Counted from the stretch's first letter, positions 7,918 through 18,633 are shown. The stretch is DNA of 35,613 nt from an uncultured Chthoniobacterales bacterium (GCA_964196045.1 CAXMRH010000073.1:1-35613); one strand, 5' to 3'. The notes: a model not told the origin generated them from the sequence alone. Translations and numbers: made by a program.

Positions 7918-9348
7918 ATGCCTGAAACCGACCTGGGCCTCGCAACCGCCGTCGAAGCCTTCATCGACCAGTTGATGGCGACCCTCGAACCGGTCGCCGA
8001 CTCCTTGCTACGACGTTCTACCGGCCAGCTCCGCGAAGACCTCGCTCTGGACGCGTTCAACTGCTCGGCAGCGTTCATCGATTGCGACGACAGTCATTCG
8101 GACATCGAGCTCGAGGCCTTCATCGTTGCTCTGGAACAGCACTTTCCTGACTTGCTGCCTCCCGAGACGAAACCAGTCGATGTTCGAACTGCAGGTCTCC
8201 TCACCGGAAAGCGATCGTGGCTGCGCGAACCCTCCGGCCTGTTCAACTCGCTTGTTGCGGTCGATCAACAATCTGGCACCGCGTACTCGAGCGTGTATTA
8301 CGAACATGCACTCCGAGTTGCTCACACTGCGATCGGGCTCGATGACTACACCTCCCGCTTCGAACTGAGCGGCGTCGAACAATACCGGTCGATGCTGCTC
8401 AGAACTATGAAGTCGGGCAAGGTCAACTCTGGCGCGTCGGTGGCGACCAGCGGTGGTCCCGCGCCGCAAGGACCGCTAGCCGACGAAGAACTGGCACCGG
8501 AACGTCCACTCGATGAACTTCTCGCCGAACTCGACCAACTGATCGGGCTCGACGCGGTCAAGGAAGAGGTGAAGCTCGTCGCGGCCCTCTTGAAGGTGCA
8601 GCAGTTACGCGCCGAGCGTGGGTTGTCCGTTCCCGACTCGAGCCGCCACCTGATCTTCGTCGGCAACCCCGGCACCGGAAAGACGACGGTTGCGAGGCTC
8701 CTTTCGCAGATCTACCGAAGCCTCGGGGTTGTCGATCGCGGCCATCTTGTCGAGACCGACAGGTCGGGCCTGGTCGCCGGATTTGTTGGTCAGACCGCAA
8801 CAAAGGTCAACGAAGTGTTCGACCGAGCCGACGAGGGTGTGCTGCTGGTCGACGAGGCGTATTCGTTGACCAGAGGCGGTGAGAAAGACTTCGGTCGCGA
8901 GGCAATCGACACGCTGGTCAAGCTCGTCGAGGATCGACGCGACAGCATCGTCGTCATCCTGGCCGGTTACCCCGACGAGATGGCTGCGCTCGTGCAGGCG
9001 AACCCGGGGATGCACTCTCGGTTCCCGCGCACAATTACGTTCGACGACTACGACGACCAGGAACTGCTCGAGATCTTCGGCTTGATCGCGGGAGGCCAGG
9101 AGTATCACCTCAACGAGGCGGGCGAAGCAGCGGTTCTTGCGTTCTTTGCGCGGCAAGACCGGGGCCATGGATTCGGCAATGGCCGCGCGGCGCGGAACCT
9201 CTTCGAAGCCAGTGTGTCTCGACACGCAATCCGGATGGTTGAGGTGGCGGATCCAACCAACGAGCAACTGATGACGCTGACCGGGCACGACGTCGAAGCG
9301 GCGAAACTTCCCGAAGACGACCTTCCGAAAGAAGAGCAAACGTCGTGA
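7918..9348 (+). CDS. AAA+ ATPase of the CbbX/SpoVK/EccA-like family with an uncharacterised N-terminal domain
   Basis: LIGLDAVK, HLIFVGNPGTGKTTVAR, LVAGFVGQTA, VLLVDEAY, FGNGRAARN; TAGGCT -10 element 7 nt before the ATG (leaderless). Confidence 0.88.
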   Translation: MPETDLGLATAVEAFIDQLMATLEPVADSLLRRSTGQLREDLALDAFNCSAAFIDCDDSHSDIELEAFIVALEQHFPDLLPPETKPVDVRTAGLLTGKRSWLREPSGLFNSLVAVDQQSGTAYSSVYYEHALRVAHTAIGLDDYTSRFELSGVEQYRSMLLRTMKSGKVNSGASVATSGGPAPQGPLADEELAPERPLDELLAELDQLIGLDAVKEEVKLVAALLKVQQLRAERGLSVPDSSRHLIFVGNPGTGKTTVARLLSQIYRSLGVVDRGHLVETDRSGLVAGFVGQTATKVNEVFDRADEGVLLVDEAYSLTRGGEKDFGREAIDTLVKLVEDRRDSIVVILAGYPDEMAALVQANPGMHSRFPRTITFDDYDDQELLEIFGLIAGGQEYHLNEAGEAAVLAFFARQDRGHGFGNGRAARNLFEASVSRHAIRMVEVADPTNEQLMTLTGHDVEAAKLPEDDLPKEEQTS

Positions 9349-10322
9349 GCCACCTGCGCGTGAGCGCGTTGGGCTGTCTCGCGCTAGCCACCTTCACGGT
9401 GGGTTTGTGGCCAGCGCATGTTGCTGCGCAGACGGCGACAAGTACGGCTGCGCAGACGACGAGTTTGCAGGACGACGTTGTCGAGCAAGTGCTTCAACGA
9501 GGTTGGTGGGATGAATCCGGCGCACTCTCCGAAGCGGAGATGGGCTCCTTGGTCGAACGCTGGGGAGACGACGTCGCCTTTGCCTATACCGACCGGAGTT
9601 TTGACGTAGTCGAGGATTCGGCACTCAGTGCTGCACCCCTCCTTGCTCAATCGGCGCTCAAACAACTCGAGCTGGCTGGCGGTCCAACCACACTTCTCCT
9701 GATCGCCGGAGATGACGCGGGCGGTGCAAGTACGAGGTTCCCGTACCCGAACGTGGTGCTCGCATTACAGGACTTCGATCGAGACCACGTGGAGGACTCT
9801 TTCGACCAAGCTGCGTCGTCGTTGCTTGATCTTGGGGACACGGTGGCGCAAGACTCGTTGGCTCAGGGGGGATTCTTCGACAGCGCCGCGCTCTTCGTGG
9901 CGCTTGGCGGGGCGACCGGGTTTCTCGCTCTGGCGTCCGTGCGATCAGCGCGCAAGAAGCGGGCTCGTCAGACCCACACCGCCCATGCGCGAGGAGACAC
10001 GAAGTACGAGATTCAGGAGATGAGCAACCTGATCCTGGACCTCGAACCTCGCGTGACGATCGCCAACGATTCTGCGCTGAAGGCTCGGTACGTGGACGCA
10101 AGCAAGACCTACAGTGAGGTGCTCGAGCACGCAGACTTGGTCGAGACCGGTCATGAGGTCGCGGATCTTCGCCTCGAGATTGCACAAGCACGCTGGAAAC
10201 TCGACGTGATCGACGCTGAGCTCGACGGTCGAGCGCCGCCGCCCGAGCCATTTCGACGCGATACGGGCGGATCCGCTTGGGATTCGACGCGCGGTGGGGG
10301 AGTCGATCGTTTCGACGATTGA
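9345..10322 (+). CDS. Membrane protein: signal peptide, extracytoplasmic (TPM-like) domain, TM helix, cytoplasmic helical tail
   Basis: GTGA overlap with the AAA gene; AVAA-Q-like signal; hydrophobic ALFVALGGATGFLALASV followed by RSARKKR. Confidence 0.65.
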   Translation: MSHLRVSALGCLALATFTVGLWPAHVAAQTATSTAAQTTSLQDDVVEQVLQRGWWDESGALSEAEMGSLVERWGDDVAFAYTDRSFDVVEDSALSAAPLLAQSALKQLELAGGPTTLLLIAGDDAGGASTRFPYPNVVLALQDFDRDHVEDSFDQAASSLLDLGDTVAQDSLAQGGFFDSAALFVALGGATGFLALASVRSARKKRARQTHTAHARGDTKYEIQEMSNLILDLEPRVTIANDSALKARYVDASKTYSEVLEHADLVETGHEVADLRLEIAQARWKLDVIDAELDGRAPPPEPFRRDTGGSAWDSTRGGGVDRFDD

Positions 10323-10431
10323 CAGCCGTAGGGGGTGTCCACTGCACATAGCGTGACCTCATCTACACTTTCAAGTGCGGAGCGGGGCTACCCCTGAATG
10401 TTTAGTGCGCCTTTTTGGGCGCGGAGGTCCC

Positions 10432-11688
10432 GTGCGTCACATCTTTTTCGCCGCAGTTTGCACGCTGTTTGCGATAACTGCCCTGCTTTCATTGCCGCCG
10501 ATCGGCGAGCCGCACGCGCTTCTCGTTGCGCAGCCTGCCGGCGATCGGCTGTCGATCGCCGCACCAGCCGTGGCGAACACGGCTTCTCGCATGCTGAGGT
10601 CACCGATCTCGTCGCCGGCCATGGACGTGCAGGTGTTGGGCGTTGTCGAGCTACCGCTTTCCGAGCGCGCCCCCGAAGGTGAGGTCGTAGAAGTCTCGCG
10701 GAGCCTCTCGGTGGACGCCACCGACGGTCCTGCCGCTTCGATCATCGCCGAGACGTCGACGACGGTGGCCCCAAGCACCAGCACTACCTCGACCACGACG
10801 ACGACAACCTCGACTACCACCACGACCGAAGCCCCGGTGACGACGGAAGCCCCGATCGAGGTCGTAGACCAATCCGCAGACGGCGGCGTCATCATCAGCG
10901 ATCGCGGGATTGTCCTACCGGTCATCGGGCCTGCTTCTGCTGGCGGATGGCGGGCCACGACTCCCTGTGGGAACGAGGTCACGCTGAAGTCAGGGCAGCG
11001 GGTCCTGTCGGTCGACTTCGTCCTCGACCCAGGGCACGGCGGCGATGAGAGTGGCGCCCCTGGACCAAACGGTGCCGTGGAGAAGAAGCTCAACTTGCGG
11101 ATCGCCGAGATCGTGGAGTGGTACCTGGAAGAGGCGGGGTACTCAGTACTTCTCACGCGCCGCAGCGACTTGCGCCTGCCTCTTCGTTCTCGAGCCGAGA
11201 TCGCCAACGCACTGTCACCGCTCGCGTTGGTCTCGATCCATCACAACGGCGGTGCGACCCGGGCGCAATCGACCCCTGGCACCGAACTATTCGTCGACGG
11301 CGGCAACCCAGAGGCGAAGCGATTGGGCGGCATCCTCTTCGAGGAGATCACGGAACGCCTGTCGGCGTACGATGCGAATTGGGTGGGGTCGTGGCGTAAC
11401 GGTGTGTCGGCTCGCCTGACCAGCGAGGGGGCCGACCTGTACGGAATCCACCGCTTCACCCCAGGTGTCGTCTCTGTCATCACGGAAGCCGGCTATCTGT
11501 CGAATGAATCCGAGGCCGCACTCTTCGTGGACAACGAGGTCCAGTGGTCCCACGGTCGTGCCATCGCCGAGGGTCTGATGCGTTGGGACCGAAGCGCCGA
11601 CGCTGGCTCGGGCTTCCTGACAGACTTCGTAGACGATTCCTCGAGCGGAACTGGCGGCTTCGACGGCTGCGTCGACCCCTCGATATAA
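10432..11688 (+). CDS. N-acetylmuramoyl-L-alanine amidase (Amidase_3) with a Thr-rich linker
   Basis: VLDPGHGG, EKKLNL, SIHHN, VITEAGYLSN; GGAGG RBS before GTG 10432. Confidence 0.9.
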   Translation: MRHIFFAAVCTLFAITALLSLPPIGEPHALLVAQPAGDRLSIAAPAVANTASRMLRSPISSPAMDVQVLGVVELPLSERAPEGEVVEVSRSLSVDATDGPAASIIAETSTTVAPSTSTTSTTTTTTSTTTTTEAPVTTEAPIEVVDQSADGGVIISDRGIVLPVIGPASAGGWRATTPCGNEVTLKSGQRVLSVDFVLDPGHGGDESGAPGPNGAVEKKLNLRIAEIVEWYLEEAGYSVLLTRRSDLRLPLRSRAEIANALSPLALVSIHHNGGATRAQSTPGTELFVDGGNPEAKRLGGILFEEITERLSAYDANWVGSWRNGVSARLTSEGADLYGIHRFTPGVVSVITEAGYLSNESEAALFVDNEVQWSHGRAIAEGLMRWDRSADAGSGFLTDFVDDSSSGTGGFDGCVDPSI

Positions 11689-11738
11689 CGTGATGCTGGG
11701 CTAAGGGCGCCCGACGTTCGACGAATCGGAGTCGAGCG

Positions 11739-13082
11739 TCATCGGGGCGACCACAGCGCGATATCCCCGCCGGCAACCCGAACCGCATCCTTCTCGTCGT
11801 CTACGAGATCCACCCAGATCCCCGCTTCACCCCCGATCGCCCCCGAGATGACCAGTGCGCGCGAGTCGGGAGACCACCAGGACGAGGAATGGTTGTACTG
11901 GTCGGCGAAGGGCATGTACGAGGACGCGAACTCGTCACTCGGAAGGAAAGGTGTGGTCTCTGTCGTCTCATCACCCGTGACGAGTACCCACCGGAGGTCT
12001 TTTTCGCTCGCCTGAAGCATCGCCAGCGTCCCCCCATCGGGGCTCCACTGGGTGGCGATGATTCTGGGTTCATCGAGGATGGAGACCTCACCAGTCGTGA
12101 GGTTGACGATCGAGACTCGCCCGCTCGGAAGTTGCGGCAGCGGATCAACTTGGAAGCTGATTACCTGCGACTGTGGAGCGGTCTCGGCCACAAGAACGGC
12201 GAGTCGGTCATCGACCGGGTTGATCGATGTGGAGAGCGGTCCGTCCGTAGTGGCGATCATCGTCTCGAGACCGTCCGGTCCGAGAACAGCGACGTCGTTC
12301 GAACCGTCGCTGTTCATCGCGAGAACGATCTTGTCGCCGCCGAGAGCGGCGGGTGTCTGGAAGACACCAAGTGGGTTGTCCGTGTTGATCTCCGAGGGAG
12401 CTAGGTCGGGTGAAGCGGGGATATTGACCAAGGTCGTCCCGTTCACGGCTGCGACGAGAGAGGAGTCGTCGCTCCAGTCGAAATAAAAGGGCTGGCCAGC
12501 CCCAATAGGGCGCACCGACCCTTCTGCTGATTCGACAATCAGGAATTCGATGCCTGTGCTGGTCGGTCGAAGCCCGCCCAGCCACGTGTCGTCTTTCGAC
12601 CATGACAGGAAGAATGGCGGACTTTCGATCCTCGTTTCGATCCCCGGAGTGCCATTGGACGGGGCGATCTCGAGGTTCGCGCCGGCTGGGCTGAACGACG
12701 ACCACGCGATCCGGTCTGCCGCATGAGACCACGTCGGCTGGCTGTTTCGCCGTGCACCGCCGTCCCCCAGGACAACAGCGCCCCCACCATCGGCCCCGGC
12801 CACAACGATGTTGCCCTCGTCCGATCGAATGACGAGCTTCCCTGCGAGACCTGCGACGTCTTCTAGAAGAGCCGGTTCGTTGGTTCGGATCGGCGGCGCC
12901 GTGGTTGCGTCGGGTCTCTCCCCTTGGGCACCTGTTGGTGACGTCGTGGTTGTCGCAGCAGTGGTCGGTGTTGGCTGGGCCGCGGGGCCAGCGTCTGGTC
13001 CGGACGACGAACATGCTGCAATCACGACGCACAAGACGGCGCCAAGCAGCGCGCCCCGAGCCAATGACCAAATGTTGCCCAT
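11739..13082 (-). CDS. Lipoprotein with a TolB-like (PD40) beta-propeller
   Basis: Lipobox IAAC; repeated QPTWS/LSWSKD/QWSPDG/WWSPDS motifs. Confidence 0.75.
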   Translation of the reverse strand: MGNIWSLARGALLGAVLCVVIAACSSSGPDAGPAAQPTPTTAATTTTSPTGAQGERPDATTAPPIRTNEPALLEDVAGLAGKLVIRSDEGNIVVAGADGGGAVVLGDGGARRNSQPTWSHAADRIAWSSFSPAGANLEIAPSNGTPGIETRIESPPFFLSWSKDDTWLGGLRPTSTGIEFLIVESAEGSVRPIGAGQPFYFDWSDDSSLVAAVNGTTLVNIPASPDLAPSEINTDNPLGVFQTPAALGGDKIVLAMNSDGSNDVAVLGPDGLETMIATTDGPLSTSINPVDDRLAVLVAETAPQSQVISFQVDPLPQLPSGRVSIVNLTTGEVSILDEPRIIATQWSPDGGTLAMLQASEKDLRWVLVTGDETTETTPFLPSDEFASSYMPFADQYNHSSSWWSPDSRALVISGAIGGEAGIWVDLVDDEKDAVRVAGGDIALWSPR

Positions 13083-13154
13083 GGTCGACGTTACCGAGCG
13101 GGGTCGACACACGAGTGATCGACAGCTCAGGCACCCTTGTGGCTTCAGGCGCCC

Positions 13155-14381
13155 TCAGCTGGAGGCGTCTTGGTCCTTCGTCCGCTTGAGGTACGTCTTT
13201 CGGGTCGGCCGATTCGTTCGATCGGGAAACTCGAGGACGAGCACATCTGCTTGCGCGACCCACTCGTCGCGTTCGATCCGCCCAGGAAATTCTTGAAGCG
13301 CATCGTCGACGGCGGCAACGTCAGACTTGTCGAGTTCTGCCAATTGTTCCCACGAGGTGATTCCGAAGCTATTGAGTAGCTCTTCCATCCGAGGGCCAAT
13401 TCCCCTGATCACCTTGAGATCGTCGATGTGGCGCGCACCCGCGGTGCCCAATGTTGTCGTCTCGCCGGAGCGCCAATCCTCGCCAGGGCTTTCCGCCTCG
13501 CCGTCGTGTTGTTGAGACGCCGCTAGCTCCTCCCTCGCTTGGGCAAGCTCGGCCTCGAGTGATGCGAGCCCGGCTATCTGGGAGTGCGCTCCCCCGATCT
13601 CGCCTTCCAGCTCACTGACGCGAGCATGCGCGGCATCGAGGTCGGCGCTGGTCGTGGACAGGCGGGTGTCGAGATCGGCGATGCGACCTTGAGACACGTC
13701 GAGTTCGGTGCGAGCCGCAGCAAGCGCCGATTCGAGCTCTGTGGTCTTTGTGTCTGCGACATCTATCTGTGTCGAGACAAGGGCGGTTGCGGCCGCGTCG
13801 CGTTCGACCTCGCCGATCCGTTCCGTGGCGTTCGACAGTTCAATCGACTTCTCGCTCAGCTCAGTGCCCACTGACGCAAGCTCGTGCTCGAGGGACTCGA
13901 TCCGAGACGCTGACGAGGCGACCTCGGAGCGCAAGTCCCGATTATCGCCTTCCAACGACACATACCCCGAGATGATGGTTTGCGCTGCTTGGAAGTCTTG
14001 CTCGAGGGACGTGCTCGCATCCTTCGCGACCTCGACCTCGCCACGTATCGCCTTAAGTTCTGCTCGCAGCGTTTCGGTCTCACCAACGAGTGCTTCGTTC
14101 GATTGGGTAGTGGCGCGAACTGCGATTTGTGCGGCGTCGAGATCGGTGGTGAGTGAGGCAACCCGGCCGGACAAGACGCCACGCTCGTTCTTTGCTTCCT
14201 CGTAGGCAGCCCGAACCGAACCGAGCTCATGCTCCGCGTCGCTCGCATTATTGGCCAGTTGGTTCCACTCATTGGCGTGTAGCGGGCGGCGCCGCCACCT
14301 GAACAAGAGCCATCCGATCATGAGACCCAGCAAGATCGCCAAGATCAGCGGAACGAGAATTTCGAGAAATGCCCAGATCAT
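13155..14381 (-). CDS. Membrane-anchored coiled-coil protein with a C-terminal helix-hairpin-helix (COG3743-like) domain
   Basis: N-terminal TM followed by RWRRR; long heptad region; DDLKVIRGIGP..LNSFGITSWEQLA..GRIERDEWVAQA. Confidence 0.75.
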   Translation of the reverse strand: MIWAFLEILVPLILAILLGLMIGWLLFRWRRRPLHANEWNQLANNASDAEHELGSVRAAYEEAKNERGVLSGRVASLTTDLDAAQIAVRATTQSNEALVGETETLRAELKAIRGEVEVAKDASTSLEQDFQAAQTIISGYVSLEGDNRDLRSEVASSASRIESLEHELASVGTELSEKSIELSNATERIGEVERDAAATALVSTQIDVADTKTTELESALAAARTELDVSQGRIADLDTRLSTTSADLDAAHARVSELEGEIGGAHSQIAGLASLEAELAQAREELAASQQHDGEAESPGEDWRSGETTTLGTAGARHIDDLKVIRGIGPRMEELLNSFGITSWEQLAELDKSDVAAVDDALQEFPGRIERDEWVAQADVLVLEFPDRTNRPTRKTYLKRTKDQDASS

Positions 14382-14419
14382 CAGACAGCATCCTTTGGGG
14401 AAAACGAGCGGGGCTTCAT

Positions 14420-16000
14420 TTAGAACCCCTCCTTTGCGGTGAACTCGACGCGGCGGTTCTGTAGGCGACCCTCGTCGGTCGCGTTGTCCGCCAGTGGTTG
14501 GGTCTCGCCGAAGCCGACCGATCGAAGGCGACCAGCTTCAATTCCACCCGACTCGATGTACGCGACCACTGCATCTGCTCGACGCTGGGAGAGATCGAGG
14601 TTGTACTCATCAGCGCCGGCCGAGTCGGTGTGACCCCCAGTTTCTACGACCGGACCTGGGTAGCGGTTCATCGCTTCGATGACCTTGTCGAGAGTGGCCG
14701 CTGCCGGGTCGCTGAGCGTGTTGGAGTCGCTGCCGAACACGACTGTTTCTCGAATCTCGTCTTGCAACTAATCGAGCTCAGCCTGGAGCAAGTCGATCTC
14801 CTGTTGAATCGTGAGTTCGGGCTCTGGCGGATCGGCGATCGCGATCTCGCCACCTGGCCGCAGATTTGCCACGCCGGTCGCGGCCACAGCGCTCGTCGTC
14901 GCTAGTTGGCCGACCGAGTCGAGCGCGACACCGTTGACGGTCAGATCGGTGTCGTTCATCGTTGCATCGGCCGATGCGAGACCTCCGAACGTCGAAATGA
15001 CGGACGCCAGGGCGTCGATTCGTTTCTCGGACCCCGGCACCGCTTCGTCCAAATCCACAACCGTGAGATTGGCAATTACGTTGTCGCCTCCAACTACCGC
15101 CGTTGCTGCATCCGTGAGGGTCGAGACATGTTCTGTCGACAGGACGGTCCCGTTGAGGACGATTCGTGTTCCGTCGTATGTTGCTGCGGTGTCGAGGCTG
15201 CCAAGGACTGGTGGGGCGAGGACCTCGACCGCATCGCCGGCCGCGGCGTCGAGAACTGCGGCGCTGTCTGCATCGGTTGCACTGATCGAGCCCGAAACCG
15301 GGCCCTCGTCGGAAACGATCAGCTCCGCGCTGTCGAACGACCCGATCAGGAGGCCTCCGACGATCGAGCTGAATTTCTGAATCTGTGCCGCGCCGTCGGA
15401 CGACACTGGCTCGAGTCCGGAGACCGTGAGGTCGTCGGCCACTCTGAGGCCTGTGGCGGCCGCTGCGGCCAAGACCTCGTCCTTCCATTCCTGCGACGGG
15501 ACGGAGCCCGTGAGCGTGAGCGTCTCGCCATCGGACCTCGCGTCGAGCGCAATCGCGCCGAGTGCTGCGGGTGCAGCAGCTTCCGCCGTGACTGTCGCGC
15601 GGCGAATGTCTTCGTTCTCCTCTCGGCCCTCGGCTTGCTCGAGGAGTTGTTCGAGCTCCGCCGCCGAGACCCCGGCCGGCATGGTTCCGCGAACCTCGAC
15701 ATCCCGATAGTTGGCGTAGAAGGTGAGCAGCGACGTGTCGACGCCACTGTCTTCGAGCACCTGTCTGCTTGCCGTTTCGACGTCCCCCTCGACGTGATCC
15801 ACGCCCCACCACAGTGCGAGCGCCAAGAAGGGGATGGCCATCAGCGGGGTGAGCCACAGTAAACGTCGACGACTCCAGGGCATGGCCCCTCGAGATGTTC
15901 CTTCGAGAAGTGCCGTTCGACGCCAATCGACTGTCGCTGGCTGACCTGAGGCTGTGTCATGTGTAGCGCCATGGTCAACTTGGCGATCGTTCGCCATCAC
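14420..16000 (-). pseudogene. Multi-BON plus OmpA-C-like peptidoglycan-binding protein interrupted by one in-frame TAG (14768-14770)
   Basis: ...QAELD-TAG-LQDEIRETVVF continues in frame into the OmpA domain (GHTDS, NLDLSQRRA, GFGETQP, NRRVEF). Confidence 0.75.
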
Positions 16001-16107
16001 CTCACCTCTTTCCGAGCAGCCAAGCTGTGATGGGTCTGCTCTGCGCTACGAATACAGAAAGTTTGTTGCAGTTGGCGACTCGTTCGCAAGTACGGCGGGC
16101 GAAACCG

Positions 16108-16956
16108 TTAGCCGACGATGAGAAACTCGATGCGGCGATTCACGGCTCGGCCCTCTTTAGTGATGTTTGGCTGGAGTGGTTTCGATTCACCGAAGCCGAC
16201 TGCGATCAGTCGCGCAGCTTCGATTCCTCGTTGGGCCAACGCGACGACAACGGCCTCAGCTCGGTCCTGGCTGAGGACCTCGTTCCGGGTGGCGTCTCCA
16301 TCGGAGTCGGTGTGTCCGTGGACTTCAACAGGGGTCCCCGGAGACTGGTTCAGGAGCGACGCGACGGAATCGATGATCGCAGACCCTTCTGGCGTGAGAT
16401 CTGCGCTTCCGGTTTCGAATGTGACCTGGCCCACGTTAGCCAGCTGTTGGTCGAGCGATCCTGTCGAGACTGGCGCCACCGATGCTTGCGTGGCGCTCTC
16501 CACTGCACCACCCACGACCACGACGCGGTTGTCCACCCGTTGTGTTCCTTCTACGGACCGAGCCACAGCACCGATCGAGGCGGCTGCGAGCGGATCCCGG
16601 GCCTGCCCTTCGACGATCACCGACCCGTCATCCTCGGTGATCGTCAGATCGTCGAAGCCCGCCCGAAGTTCGGCGTCTCGTACGGCGAGTGCGAGCTCCG
16701 ACTGGACCTGGATCTCCTGGCCGTTCGCGCCATCGTCGGTCTGGTTGCCCGAGCGGACGGCCATTCCGATCACGAAGACTGCGGAAAGGAACAAAAGCAG
16801 GGGAATAATGAAGCGAGGGTCGGTCCAGGAGGCACCAGACGTACGCGGGTCAGGGGGCGGAGAAGGGCGCCTCGGTCGACGTACGGGGCCGGGGCCGCCA
16901 CGGTCGAGGTCATCGAGATCGAGAACATCGATGTCATCAGGCGGCAGGACTGACAT
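16108..16956 (-). CDS. Membrane protein with BON and OmpA-C-like domains (ArfA/Rv0899-like architecture)
   Basis: TM helix; BON ending in VDNRVVV; FETGSA, GHTDSDG, LSQDRA, GFGESKP, NRRIEF. Confidence 0.88.
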   Translation of the reverse strand: MSVLPPDDIDVLDLDDLDRGGPGPVRRPRRPSPPPDPRTSGASWTDPRFIIPLLLFLSAVFVIGMAVRSGNQTDDGANGQEIQVQSELALAVRDAELRAGFDDLTITEDDGSVIVEGQARDPLAAASIGAVARSVEGTQRVDNRVVVVGGAVESATQASVAPVSTGSLDQQLANVGQVTFETGSADLTPEGSAIIDSVASLLNQSPGTPVEVHGHTDSDGDATRNEVLSQDRAEAVVVALAQRGIEAARLIAVGFGESKPLQPNITKEGRAVNRRIEFLIVG

Positions 16957-17094
16957 GAAAACACGCTACGACGGCCGAGTTGCCAGTTGGTGGACGCTTG
17001 GTCTGGGCCGTCAGAATCATCTCGCTGGGCTATCGGAATCGAATGTGCTCTTAGCCCTTCTTCCGCCACGCGGAAGGATCTACCTTCATGGTCG

Positions 17095-18135
17095 ATGCAG
17101 CAGAACTTTTCCTTAGACGACCATGCCCGACTTGCGTTGGAAGTCGCCCAACATGCCGCTCTCGCGAACGGCGACTCGCGGTGCGGCACCGAATATCTGC
17201 TCTACGGGCTCGTCGCGACAGCTCGCGGCGAGATCGTCGAACTGATCGAGCTCTTCGCCCTCAACACGTTGCGCGTGGATCGAGCCATCGAGCGGATACT
17301 CGAGACTCGCGCGGCGGAAGATCCGGGGGCGCCACGAGAACCTGAGCTGACAGAGCGTGCCATCGCTGCGCTCCGCATACCTCGTATTGACGGCGGTGGC
17401 CCAACGGGATCCTTCGAGCTCTTGCATGGTCTTTTGCTAGACGACGATTCGGGCGCATGTGTCGTCCTACGCGATCTCGGCGTGTCACCTGCGGAGGCGA
17501 GGCGGTTGGTTTCGTATGGGATTCGTCATCTGAGTCGCGAAGAGATCGATGACTTATTGGCCAGGCTCGACCGCCGCGGAGAGGTTCATTCCCCATGGTG
17601 GGGTCCTGATCCGACCTCGCGAATGTCGTCCATCCGCACTCCAGGCCTAGCTCCACTGCACGTGGGATCGAGTGAGAGCGCTCGAATCGATCTGACCGCT
17701 CTCGGCACCGATGGGTGCGGGTTCGGGTTCACGCTCAGCGTCCGATCGCTCCGTACGTGGGTTCTCCCACCGGTGTTCGCTCCAGAAGAAGCGCTGATTC
17801 CAGGTCACGGTGCTCGGTACAACGACGGTCCCGACTTCTTGCTCCTGCAAATCGTGCTGCCCGACGGAACCGTCCTCGACAACAGGTCCGTTTCCGACCG
17901 GTTCACAAGCGATCAGCCCTCCGCTGCGCGTCTGCTTCGTCTCGGCCAACGCGACCAACACATCAACCTCAACGATCGCCGCCAACACGATCAGCACGTG
18001 ATCACCGGTGATTGGTGGGTGTGGCCACAGCCGAGCCCGGGCCCGATCGAGATCAGGATCGACTGGCCAGCAGAGGCAGTGTCCGGTGCTGCGTCCTTCG
18101 ACACGTCTCTGGTGCTGCCTGGCGAACATCGCTGA
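17095..18135 (+). CDS. Clp N-terminal (repeat) domain protein without an ATPase, with an unknown C-terminal domain
   Basis: ALEVAQHAA..CGTEYLLYGL and ELLHGLL..VLRDLGV repeats; TACCTT -10 element 8 nt before ATG 17095. Confidence 0.7.
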   Translation: MQQNFSLDDHARLALEVAQHAALANGDSRCGTEYLLYGLVATARGEIVELIELFALNTLRVDRAIERILETRAAEDPGAPREPELTERAIAALRIPRIDGGGPTGSFELLHGLLLDDDSGACVVLRDLGVSPAEARRLVSYGIRHLSREEIDDLLARLDRRGEVHSPWWGPDPTSRMSSIRTPGLAPLHVGSSESARIDLTALGTDGCGFGFTLSVRSLRTWVLPPVFAPEEALIPGHGARYNDGPDFLLLQIVLPDGTVLDNRSVSDRFTSDQPSAARLLRLGQRDQHINLNDRRQHDQHVITGDWWVWPQPSPGPIEIRIDWPAEAVSGAASFDTSLVLPGEHR

Positions 18136-18148
18136 TTTCGGTCGCTGA

Positions 18149-18565
<417 letters not shown>

Positions 18566-18633
18566 AGAACCCGTTATTGCAAAGCAGCAAGCGACAGATG
18601 AGCGAAGGTTCGCTCACGAAGAGAGGACATCAC

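Noticed and set aside
10755-10850. ACC/ACG-rich repetitive DNA
   Set aside because: Encodes the Thr-rich linker of the amidase; ordinary low complexity
14768-14770. Pyrrolysine or alternative genetic code explanation for the TAG
   Set aside because: TAG is a normal stop elsewhere in the window (glnB, tag, NRPS); the position is a non-catalytic linker and no pyl genes are seen
4881-17116. Long antisense or alternative-frame ORFs (e.g. 5886-6764, 6547-7614, 12208-13263, 14778-15926, 16027-16953)
   Set aside because: They overlap well-supported genes and have no motifs; expected from stop-codon scarcity in high-GC DNA
18599-18616. Palindrome tgagcgaa-gg-ttcgctca between glnB and arsC
   Set aside because: Could be an operator or terminator, but it is single-copy, lacks a U-tract and matches no motif I can name
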